Shown one piece after another: positions 1 through 8,045 of a stretch of 64,000 bases of DNA. Made by a program: the position numbers and the translations under genes. The DNA is from an uncultured bacterium (GTDB lineage Bacteria > Patescibacteriota > Dojkabacteria > J137). Numbering within the stretch: the stretch's first letter is position 1; every line of letters starts with the position of its first letter. The stretch is taken from NCBI GenBank assembly GCA_963700155.1, contig OY969472.1, positions 680,690 to 744,689 on the forward strand, in the 5' to 3' direction. The notes beneath the pieces are model-generated. The model made no database searches, was not told the DNA's origin, and was given only the letters and a program-made list of their open reading frames with translations.

Positions 1-3000
1 ACCACAACAGCTTTAGCCGGAATGCTGAGATGGACTGGAAGTGATTTTCAAGGATATGATGGGAGTTCTTGGGTTTCTTTAACATCAGCTGGTGGAGGAT
101 CTCCATCGGGAAGCGATGGGTATTTACAATTTTATAATTCAGGTTCGTTTGGAAGTAGTGCTAATTTAAATTGGAATATTGCAAATAATTATTTAACGAT
201 AGGTTCGACTGCTGGTAATTCTGGCCTATTAAATTTAAGTCCAGCAACAACATCAAGATCTTCATTAAATATAGCTAGTTCAACAGGAACGAATGTCTCT
301 AGTCCAGCATCCGGAGATTTATGGTGGAATGGGACTAATCTTTATTTTAATAATGGATCATTAAATATAGACTTACTAGCAGCTGCTGGAGGTTCATGCG
401 CAACATGTTTTCATCAAGGTGGAGATACTTTTGGAGCAACTGCTATCCTAGGGACTGCGGATACACAAAATTTTAATTTGATTACTGATAATACAACTAG
501 ACTAGCGGTAGATAGCGCAGGATTATTTACAGTAACACCTGGAAACATTGGGGATTCTCAGTATGGTATTAATATAACAACAAATAATGATACTTCTGCT
601 ACAACATTAGGAGGAGGAGGAATATTATCAACTTTAAATATAACGAGTGGAACGTATTCTACTAGCACAAAAGGAATACAATCTTTGGCAAATTATAATA
701 GTTCAGGTACCTCTAGTGGTTCATTATCGGCATTCTATGGGACAACAACTATTAGCTCAGGAACTTTGAATGGAAGTGCAAATGGTATAGTTGTAAGCAC
801 GACTAATAACTCTGTGGTTACTAATTTTATGTTTGGCTCTCAAATAACAGCTTTAAATTTTGGAACAGCTGGTTTAGTTACAGGTGGAAGATTTTCTTCA
901 CAAAACATTGATGGAACAGCAACAAGTGTCCAAGGAGTCACTTCAGCACCATTTAATTCTGGAACAACTGATGTTATGAACGGTTATGCAGTATTGACAT
1001 TGAATGCGACTCAAAGTAATACAGTAGATGGAGTAATTACTGGGAATATGGCTGGATATTTTTCAAGCATGAATAATGCTGGGGAAGTGCAAGGTGACAT
1101 GTATGGTGGATACTTTATAAATGCTGGAACTGGCACAGCATCAAACATCTATGGACTAAGGGTATTAGATCTGAGTGCACAGACTGTTTCAGGTAATGCT
1201 TATGGAGTAATGATACAGGCTAGTGGGAGTAATACTGTTGCCGGATCAAATTATGGAATATATATAGATGATGTAAGTGGAGCTACAACAAATAATTATT
1301 CAATATATTCAGCAGGCGGAGATGCATTTTTAACAAATGGATTACATATTGGAAATACTTCAACTGCGACAGCTGGAAATATAAGATGGACAGGGACAGA
1401 TTTCGAAGGATATGATGGAAGCAGTTGGCTTTCTTTAACAGCTTCTGGTGGTGGAGGAGGAGGAAGTCCAGCAGGAAGTAACGGTGATCTTCAATTCTAT
1501 AATTCTGGCTCATTTGGAGCTAGCAGTAATTTAAATTGGAATAATGCAAGTGGATATTTAATTGTAGGTGCATCAGCTGGCACTAGTGGCATATTAAATG
1601 CTGGACCAGCAACAACTTCAAGGTCATCCCTAAATATTGCAAGTTCATCCGGAACTGATGTTTCAAGTCCTACATCAGGAGATTTGTGGTGGAATGGAAC
1701 AAATTTATATTTCTATAATGGTTCAACTAATGAAGATTTATTAGCTGCAGGTGGAGGAAGTTCACCTTGGTCGACTGATGCTAATGGTATTGTTTATAAT
1801 TCAGGTGGAAGAGTTGCAATAAATAATCAATTTAATAGTACGACTTCAAGTGATGTTAAAGGACTTGAAGTTGTAATTACTAATCAGGATGGAACAATTA
1901 ATTCTGCTGGATTGAGAGCATTGACTGCTCAAGCGTTTAACAATGGTAGTGGAGTAGCAAGTTATATGGATGGAGTATTTGGATCGGTAGTTGGTGATGG
2001 TACAGTTAATGGTTCCGTTTATGGAATGCGTTCTTGGATTGACAGCGGAATGACAATCACTGGAAATATAGAAGGTTTGCATATTGAATATGTAAGTAAT
2101 AGCAATACCGTAGATAATGCTTATGGAATTAATATTGCTGGTGTTGGAGATGGGGCTGTAAATAACTATGGAGTTTATATTGGTGATGTTAGTGGAGGAA
2201 GTACCAATAATTATTCAATATATTCAGCAGGCGGAGATGCATTTTTAACAAATGGATTACATATTGGAAATACTTCAAATACTACGGCAGGGAATATTAG
2301 ATGGACTGGTTCAGATTTTGAAGGTTATGATGGTAGTACTTGGAATTCGCTTACTTCAGGAGGTGGAGGAGGTTGTGCAACATGTTTCCATCAATCTGGG
2401 GATGCCTTTGGAGCTACCGCTGTGCTAGGTGCTACTGATTTTAATGAATTGAGTCTAATCGCTAATAACACTGAAGGAATACATATTTATACAGATGGTA
2501 GCACCGAAATCTATCATTTTACTCAATTCGATTCATATATGAACATAGCTTCAGTTTCTGATCCTGGAATACCTCAGCAGGGTGATTTCTGGTATAACGG
2601 AACAAATCTCTATTTTAATGATGGTTCTAACAATATAGATTTATTAGCAGGAGGAGGTGGAGGAAGTTCACCATGGACTAATTATCATGACGGTGATTTT
2701 GATCAGGATGGAATTACATATGATGGGATTGTGTATATTGCAGATACTAATTATGATGACCCTGTTGCTCACCAAGGAAGTTTAAGAATAGATTCAAATA
2801 ACTATGGGAACCTTACTTCAAATCAGAGTGCATTACAGTCAAGATTATTTAACTTTGATGGGGCAACTTCAAATTATATAATAAATTCAGATGTGTCGAT
2901 AATAAATTATGGGACTATAAATGAAGGACTTACTATAAGTAATATGACGATGGAAAATAGTGGAAGTGGTGTTACAGGTTATATGACTGGTTCTAGAGTT

Positions 3001-4101
3001 TGGTTAACAGGGGATGGAACTGTTAATGGAGATGTTGCAGGACAAGTGCTGCAAATGGAAGGCTCTATGAGTATTGGCGGTAGTTTGACAGGAACTAGAT
3101 ACAATTTTGGAAATACTAATTCTGTAGATACAGCATTTGGAATATATATGGATACAATGAATGCTGTTGGACAAATAAATCAATATGGACTTTTTATTGC
3201 TGATGTTGTTAATTCAAGTGGTGATAATTATGCAATATATACTAATGCAGGAGATGTCCATTTTGGAGGGAATGTAAATATTGGAGGAACTTGTACAGAT
3301 AGTAATGGTGGTGATGGAGGTAATGATGGTTGCGATGTTGCAGAAACCTTCTCATCGAATCAGAATTTACAACCAGGTGATGTAATAAAATTAGATTCAT
3401 CTGCCGGAGCTGGTTGGAAAGATATAATAAAAACAACTTCAAGTTCAGATCAGGTTATTGGAGTTATTTCAACAAGTCCAACAATAGTAATGGGAAATAA
3501 AGCATTCTCCGGAAGTAATGCTTATCCGGTTGGTTTAACTGGAGTATTGCCTACAAAAGTTATTGATGAAAAAGGGATGATACACAAAGGAGATCTTGTC
3601 ACAGTATCAAATACAGCTGGTAGAGGAATGAAGGCAAGTGCAGGAGATTCAACAATTGGAATTGCAATGGAAGATCAAACTAGTTCACTAGATACAATAA
3701 ATGTATTGATAAGTAGAAATAATGCTGCACAACCTGTTTCAAGTGGAGCAACAATGGATTCTGCTTTATTAGGATTCACACAGAAACTTCAAGGATTATT
3801 AAATATTAATGATAGTACAGTAACATTAGCAGGAATATTTGAAGCTGATGCAATTAGAACAAAGAGTTTAGAGATCACTTCAGATAAAGTTGGTCAAGTT
3901 AGTATTGGAATCGGAACTTCTCAAACTACACAGAGTATAGATGGTTTAGCATCTACTGCAAAAGTATTATTAACTCCAATCTCAGAAATTCCTTCTGGAT
4001 ATCAATACTGGGTTGAGGTACAAGATGGTCAGTTTGTAGTACATACAAACCAACCTGTTAATGATTCTGATTTGAAATTCAATTATTTAGTAGTAGACTA
4101 A
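1..4101 (+). CDS. Giant secreted/surface repeat protein, 5'-truncated by the window edge (frame open from nt 1; first Met at 22). It has three ~430-aa internal repeat units and recurring motifs NIRWTG(S/T)DFEGYDGSSW, GDLWWNGTNLYF(N/Y)NGS and CATCFHQ(G/S)GD(T/A)FGATA(I/V)LGT. These resemble phage tail-fibre-like beta-helical surface proteins. It ends in a ~270-aa non-repetitive C-terminal domain.
   Basis: ORF track 22..4101 plus open in-frame codons 1-21 that continue the repeat consensus (ALAG-MLRWTG). Composition is Gly/Ser/Thr/Asn-rich. Repeats read directly in the translation at aa ~1-130, ~445-575 and ~760-890. Confidence 0.6.
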   Translation, partial: TTTALAGMLRWTGSDFQGYDGSSWVSLTSAGGGSPSGSDGYLQFYNSGSFGSSANLNWNIANNYLTIGSTAGNSGLLNLSPATTSRSSLNIASSTGTNVSSPASGDLWWNGTNLYFNNGSLNIDLLAAAGGSCATCFHQGGDTFGATAILGTADTQNFNLITDNTTRLAVDSAGLFTVTPGNIGDSQYGINITTNNDTSATTLGGGGILSTLNITSGTYSTSTKGIQSLANYNSSGTSSGSLSAFYGTTTISSGTLNGSANGIVVSTTNNSVVTNFMFGSQITALNFGTAGLVTGGRFSSQNIDGTATSVQGVTSAPFNSGTTDVMNGYAVLTLNATQSNTVDGVITGNMAGYFSSMNNAGEVQGDMYGGYFINAGTGTASNIYGLRVLDLSAQTVSGNAYGVMIQASGSNTVAGSNYGIYIDDVSGATTNNYSIYSAGGDAFLTNGLHIGNTSTATAGNIRWTGTDFEGYDGSSWLSLTASGGGGGGSPAGSNGDLQFYNSGSFGASSNLNWNNASGYLIVGASAGTSGILNAGPATTSRSSLNIASSSGTDVSSPTSGDLWWNGTNLYFYNGSTNEDLLAAGGGSSPWSTDANGIVYNSGGRVAINNQFNSTTSSDVKGLEVVITNQDGTINSAGLRALTAQAFNNGSGVASYMDGVFGSVVGDGTVNGSVYGMRSWIDSGMTITGNIEGLHIEYVSNSNTVDNAYGINIAGVGDGAVNNYGVYIGDVSGGSTNNYSIYSAGGDAFLTNGLHIGNTSNTTAGNIRWTGSDFEGYDGSTWNSLTSGGGGGCATCFHQSGDAFGATAVLGATDFNELSLIANNTEGIHIYTDGSTEIYHFTQFDSYMNIASVSDPGIPQQGDFWYNGTNLYFNDGSNNIDLLAGGGGGSSPWTNYHDGDFDQDGITYDGIVYIADTNYDDPVAHQGSLRIDSNNYGNLTSNQSALQSRLFNFDGATSNYIINSDVSIINYGTINEGLTISNMTMENSGSGVTGYMTGSRVWLTGDGTVNGDVAGQVLQMEGSMSIGGSLTGTRYNFGNTNSVDTAFGIYMDTMNAVGQINQYGLFIADVVNSSGDNYAIYTNAGDVHFGGNVNIGGTCTDSNGGDGGNDGCDVAETFSSNQNLQPGDVIKLDSSAGAGWKDIIKTTSSSDQVIGVISTSPTIVMGNKAFSGSNAYPVGLTGVLPTKVIDEKGMIHKGDLVTVSNTAGRGMKASAGDSTIGIAMEDQTSSLDTINVLISRNNAAQPVSSGATMDSALLGFTQKLQGLLNINDSTVTLAGIFEADAIRTKSLEITSDKVGQVSIGIGTSQTTQSIDGLASTAKVLLTPISEIPSGYQYWVEVQDGQFVVHTNQPVNDSDLKFNYLVVD
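1291..1363 (+). repeat. Exact 73-bp intragenic duplication, copy 1 (encodes NNYSIYSAGGDAFLTNGLHIGNTS); copy 2 is at 2206..2278
   Basis: Identical nucleotide strings read at 1291-1363 and 2206-2278. The surrounding repeat units are only ~75% identical, so this looks like recent gene conversion. Confidence 0.8.
2206..2278 (+). repeat. Exact 73-bp intragenic duplication, copy 2
   Basis: Identical to 1291-1363. Confidence 0.8.
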
Positions 4102-4127
4102 AAATATCCTTTTTATAATAAGTAAAC

Positions 4128-4856
4128 ATGAGTAATAATGCACTTTCATTTGATATGAAAAACAGAATGCTGAATTTGGAACCTTCAAATAAGAATAATT
4201 CAATAAAACCTAGAAAAACATTTAAAGTCAGCAAAAAGAGCGTACTAATAACGTTACTTGTTTTAATAAATATTGGAGTTTTTCTTGGAGTCATATATTT
4301 AGTTTATAAAAATGTAACTCCAGTAAGCACTAATGATACATTAGGAAATAACAGCGAAATTGTAGATAAAGTAGCTAAGTTAATTACATTAGACCCAACC
4401 CAAACACCACAAGTTGGCACTATCAATGATGTAGACACTTTAAAACAAAATAATGTAGTTTTAGCACAAGTTTATAAAGATGCTCAAAATGGAGATTATC
4501 TCTTGGCATATACTGATAAATATATTATTTTCAGAGATAGCGAGAATAAGATAATTTATAATGGAGATTCCCCCTCTAAAATTATTAGTGATACACAAAA
4601 AAAAGTTACAGATAAGATAGCTTTGCTTGTTAAATCTGCAAAAATATTAACAGTTGATGATACAGAAGATCCACAACTTTCACCTGTGACAGATGATATT
4701 CTGCAAAACGCTGCGTCATCTGATTTCTATAAGGATGTGAAGAAAGATGATGTAATAGGTTTATTTTCTAAAAACCATATAATTGTAATTTATAGACCTA
4801 GTAGTGATAATTTAGTAAGTATGGGAAGTTATGAAACTGTAATTCATGTGTTGTAA
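4128..4856 (+). CDS. Hypothetical N-terminally membrane-anchored protein (single TM VLITLLVLINIGVFLGVIYLVY followed by an extracytoplasmic domain)
   Basis: ORF track. Hydrophobic segment near the N-terminus. No recognisable catalytic motif. Confidence 0.4.
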   Translation: MSNNALSFDMKNRMLNLEPSNKNNSIKPRKTFKVSKKSVLITLLVLINIGVFLGVIYLVYKNVTPVSTNDTLGNNSEIVDKVAKLITLDPTQTPQVGTINDVDTLKQNNVVLAQVYKDAQNGDYLLAYTDKYIIFRDSENKIIYNGDSPSKIISDTQKKVTDKIALLVKSAKILTVDDTEDPQLSPVTDDILQNAASSDFYKDVKKDDVIGLFSKNHIIVIYRPSSDNLVSMGSYETVIHVL

Positions 4857-6029
4857 TTACTTATTTATGTAGTTATAAATTGCTTCAGAAATGTTTTTAA
4901 TAGTATTTGCACCTTCATCCCATTCAATATTTTCATCCATTACAACTAGAACATAATCTGTTTTTTGTGACCACACGATTGCACCACCTTGATAACTTAC
5001 CTTGTCATCAGTTTTAAGTGTTCCAATTTTATTTGCAAAAGTTGTTCCAACAGGCAATCCAAGACCAACTCCTTGTCTTGCCCAATCATCAGCTTTTTCC
5101 ATTAATCCGATTAAATATTCAGCAGATTCTTTAGTCGTGGTTTTTGCATCGTACAAATCTTCGAGAATTTTTCCAACTGCTTTAGCAGTTCCTTCTGGCG
5201 GGTCTAAGAATAGGGGATTTACTCCTAACTCATTAATAATTCTAGGATTTACAACTTCGTAACTATTTCCTAAAAAATGAACTAAAGCATACCAAGCATT
5301 ATTATCACTGTGCTCTAATAGATTTTCTAAATAGCTTCGTATTGTGACTGGTGTTCCATCGGGCAAACTTCCTAAATTTCCTATGAATGAAAATTTTTCA
5401 CTATTTTTCATTGGATAAGTTGTATCTAAAGTATATTTACCAGCATCAATATCACGCATGACAAGAACTGCTACAGGAAGTTTAGCAATACTTGCCGGTT
5501 CTACAATTTTTCCTTTATTTATATCAAGTGTTTGTTCACTTAAAAGATCTTTAAAATGTATCGAGTACTGGTCATATTTATCCCCTAAAATCGCTATAAT
5601 TTGAGCTTCAAGAGGTTTTAAATCTAGTTGCTTAGGTATTAGACTAATTTCATAATCAACCTTTTTATTTTGGGAATCTATAAAGTTTAAGTTGTAATTT
5701 CCTTCAGAGTATTTATTTGCTGTCACTATAATTTTATTATTTGAAAATTTTATAAATTTAGGGAGTTTGCCGTTATCTTGAAAATTATAAGAGTTGTTAA
5801 TTTCAATTGAGTAATCTTTATTTGTTTGAAGCACTTTTTTTATCACAGTTGCTTCAGGTTTATTATTAATATCTTGAGGTGATGAAGCAGGTAAATCGCT
5901 CTCTAATGAATTTTCATTTTTGGTAGTAATTGTATTGAATAAAAAAAGTGCTTCGAGAAACAAAACTACGAGCAGAATAATAATTACAATGAGTAGTGCT
6001 TTTTTATTTAAATCGTTCAAATTAAGCAT
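4857..6029 (-). CDS. Membrane-anchored serine hydrolase, class A beta-lactamase / DD-peptidase-like
   Basis: N-terminal signal anchor. SxxK motif (ASIAK), SDN motif (EHSDNNAW) and a KTG-like box (NKIGT), in the order expected for penicillin-recognising enzymes. Confidence 0.55.
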   Translation of the reverse strand: MLNLNDLNKKALLIVIIILLVVLFLEALFLFNTITTKNENSLESDLPASSPQDINNKPEATVIKKVLQTNKDYSIEINNSYNFQDNGKLPKFIKFSNNKIIVTANKYSEGNYNLNFIDSQNKKVDYEISLIPKQLDLKPLEAQIIAILGDKYDQYSIHFKDLLSEQTLDINKGKIVEPASIAKLPVAVLVMRDIDAGKYTLDTTYPMKNSEKFSFIGNLGSLPDGTPVTIRSYLENLLEHSDNNAWYALVHFLGNSYEVVNPRIINELGVNPLFLDPPEGTAKAVGKILEDLYDAKTTTKESAEYLIGLMEKADDWARQGVGLGLPVGTTFANKIGTLKTDDKVSYQGGAIVWSQKTDYVLVVMDENIEWDEGANTIKNISEAIYNYINK

Positions 6030-6115
6030 TTAGTATTTTACCAGAGTCGAAATAATTTATCTTTATAAGATAATATAGTTTGCTATAATCTTTCCCAGTT
6101 TATACTTTTCTTAAT

Positions 6116-6631
6116 ATGATTCAAAAACAAGAAATAAATAATGATGTCATGGAAAGGCCAGATTCTGTAGATTCTTTAGATCAGGCAAAAAAGATTGTTA
6201 CTGCCTTAACTTTCGATCATATTTATGCAAAAAGTACTGACAGAAAATCATATTTCGGCTGCTATACATTTAATGAGCTAATTGATATAGAAATGAAACT
6301 AAATCAGATATCTGAACTCGGTTATACAGTTTATGGAATAACTTTTCACTGTGGAAGTGGAATTTTAATCGATGGAGTTAAGAAACTAACCAAAGTATTA
6401 AATATACGATTTAATGCACCTGATGGTCAATATCCATATGGGTTATTTATGGGAGGTAATTTAGATTATATTATTGGTTTAACTGAAATTGGAGAAGACT
6501 ATTCCGAATTTTCAGATATTGAATTACAAGATTTAACTTCAATTATAGAAAATATTTTTGGAGTTAAAATGATAAGAAGGACGAAAGATAGTTTAATCTG
6601 GTTATCAGATGCTGTTATAGGGAAATATTGA
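6116..6631 (+). CDS. Hypothetical protein, 171 aa, no recognisable domain
   Basis: ORF track only. It is an isolated gene between the hydrolase and rpsA. Confidence 0.35.
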   Translation: MIQKQEINNDVMERPDSVDSLDQAKKIVTALTFDHIYAKSTDRKSYFGCYTFNELIDIEMKLNQISELGYTVYGITFHCGSGILIDGVKKLTKVLNIRFNAPDGQYPYGLFMGGNLDYIIGLTEIGEDYSEFSDIELQDLTSIIENIFGVKMIRRTKDSLIWLSDAVIGKY

Positions 6632-6718
6632 TCTTTATGTTATAATTCTCAGGCATAAAGAAAGGAGTTTAGGGATATCTAAACTTAGATAAATTCAAAC
6701 CTTAAACTAAAATTTCAT

Positions 6719-7921
6719 ATGGCAAAAACAAAATATACTTCAACCCAAGTTGATGTTGACCAATTACTTCAAGGAATCGAAATTCCAAAAACCTATCAGA
6801 AAGGACAAATAATTGAGGGAATAGTTCTAGAGGTTAAAGGTGGTGAAATCCTAGTCGATGTTAATGCAAGAGCAGAAGGCGTTATTTCTGGAAAAGAAAT
6901 GAAGCTGGATGGCAAAAAAATTAACAAAAAAACTGGAGATAAAGTTTTAGTTTATGTCATGAGTCCAGAAAATGAAGAAGGACAAGTTCAACTTTCTGTT
7001 CGAAGAACAGGAACTGCAATTAAATGGCATGATCTTGAACAAGCTAAAGAGAAAGAGGAATCTATTGATGTCAAAGTTATTGAAGCAAACACAGGTGGTG
7101 TTATTGTTGAAATAACTGAGGGATTAAGAGGATTCATTCCAAGCTCACAACTAAAAAACAGCAGAATTTATGCTTCATCTTCATTTAATAATAAAAATGA
7201 AGCAAGCAAAATTTTACAAACAAAATTAGCTGAGCTTATTGGAGAAACTCTAAAGGTCAAAGTAATGGAAATTGATAAAGAAAAGAATAAAGTTATTCTT
7301 TCAGAAAAATCTGTTTACTCAGATACTGATTTGAATCAGAGAAGATCAACTCTTTCTAATTTGAAAGTTGGAGATATTCTCGAAGGAACAATAACAGGAA
7401 TCGCTCCATTCGGACTATTCGTTAATGCTCAAGGACTTGAAGGTCTTGTTCACTTATCAGAAATTTCATGGGACAAAGTTTCAAATCCTGCAGATTTCTA
7501 TAAGATAGATGACAAAGTCAAAGTTCAAGTTATTGGTCTTCAAGATAATGGAAAGAGAGTTGCTTACAGTATAAAGAGATTACAAAACGATCCTTGGAAA
7601 GATATCGTCAACAAGTATAAGATTGGTCAAATTGTTGAAGGTGAAGTAAAAAGTATTGCAGACTATGGGGCTTTTGTAAGAATAGAAGATGGCTTAAATG
7701 GATTAATCCATATTTCAGAGCTTTCTAATAAACTTGTGAAAGATCCATCTCAAGTTGTTCAAGTTGGAGAAAAGATAAAAGTAATGATTATCTCAATCTC
7801 AAATGATGACAGACACTTGGGTTTAAGTTTAAAGAGAATTAAGTCAAAAGAAGAAGTTTCAGAAGAAAGTTCTTCAAGAGAACTTGATGAGCTTGATAAG
7901 CTTTTAGAAGAAAATAAATAA
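6719..7921 (+). CDS. rpsA: 30S ribosomal protein S1 (short, ~4 S1 domains)
   Basis: Repeated S1-domain-like segments (GxxVxGxVxxIxxFGAFV type, e.g. GQIVEGEVKSIADYGAFVRI). Followed by a strong intrinsic terminator. Confidence 0.8.
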   Translation: MAKTKYTSTQVDVDQLLQGIEIPKTYQKGQIIEGIVLEVKGGEILVDVNARAEGVISGKEMKLDGKKINKKTGDKVLVYVMSPENEEGQVQLSVRRTGTAIKWHDLEQAKEKEESIDVKVIEANTGGVIVEITEGLRGFIPSSQLKNSRIYASSSFNNKNEASKILQTKLAELIGETLKVKVMEIDKEKNKVILSEKSVYSDTDLNQRRSTLSNLKVGDILEGTITGIAPFGLFVNAQGLEGLVHLSEISWDKVSNPADFYKIDDKVKVQVIGLQDNGKRVAYSIKRLQNDPWKDIVNKYKIGQIVEGEVKSIADYGAFVRIEDGLNGLIHISELSNKLVKDPSQVVQVGEKIKVMIISISNDDRHLGLSLKRIKSKEEVSEESSSRELDELDKLLEENK

Positions 7922-7946
7922 TTTTCTAGTCTTAAATTGCTTTATA

Positions 7947-7977
7947 GAAGGGGCGCCGAAGGCGCCCCTTCTTTTTA
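7947..7977 (+). terminator. Rho-independent terminator after rpsA (gaaggggcgcc-gaa-ggcgccccttc + T-run)
   Basis: Perfect GC-rich 11-bp stem with a 3-nt loop followed by TTTTT. Confidence 0.85.
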
Positions 7978-8045
7978 ATTTTAATCACTTAGAAACTAAA
8001 ATTATCATGTTATAATAGATACTGCTAATTCTAAAAATTTTTCAT

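Noticed and set aside
1283-3442. Antisense ORFs 1283..1513, 1846..2082 and 3242..3442 inside the giant repeat gene
   Set aside because: They lie entirely within, and opposite to, a long ORF with clear repeat architecture. Their translations are low-complexity (His/Leu/Asn-rich) with no motifs. They are typical spurious frames of a repetitive, compositionally biased gene.
1-4101. Diversity-generating retroelement (DGR) target hypothesis for the giant repeat protein
   Set aside because: No reverse transcriptase gene is nearby. The internal repeats differ at all base types and mostly at synonymous positions rather than showing adenine-specific TR/VR mismatches. There is no C-type-lectin-like C-terminal VR.
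5002-5262. ORF antisense to the beta-lactamase-like gene
   Set aside because: It is fully embedded in the opposite strand of a gene with recognisable SxxK/SDN motifs. No RBS or motif.
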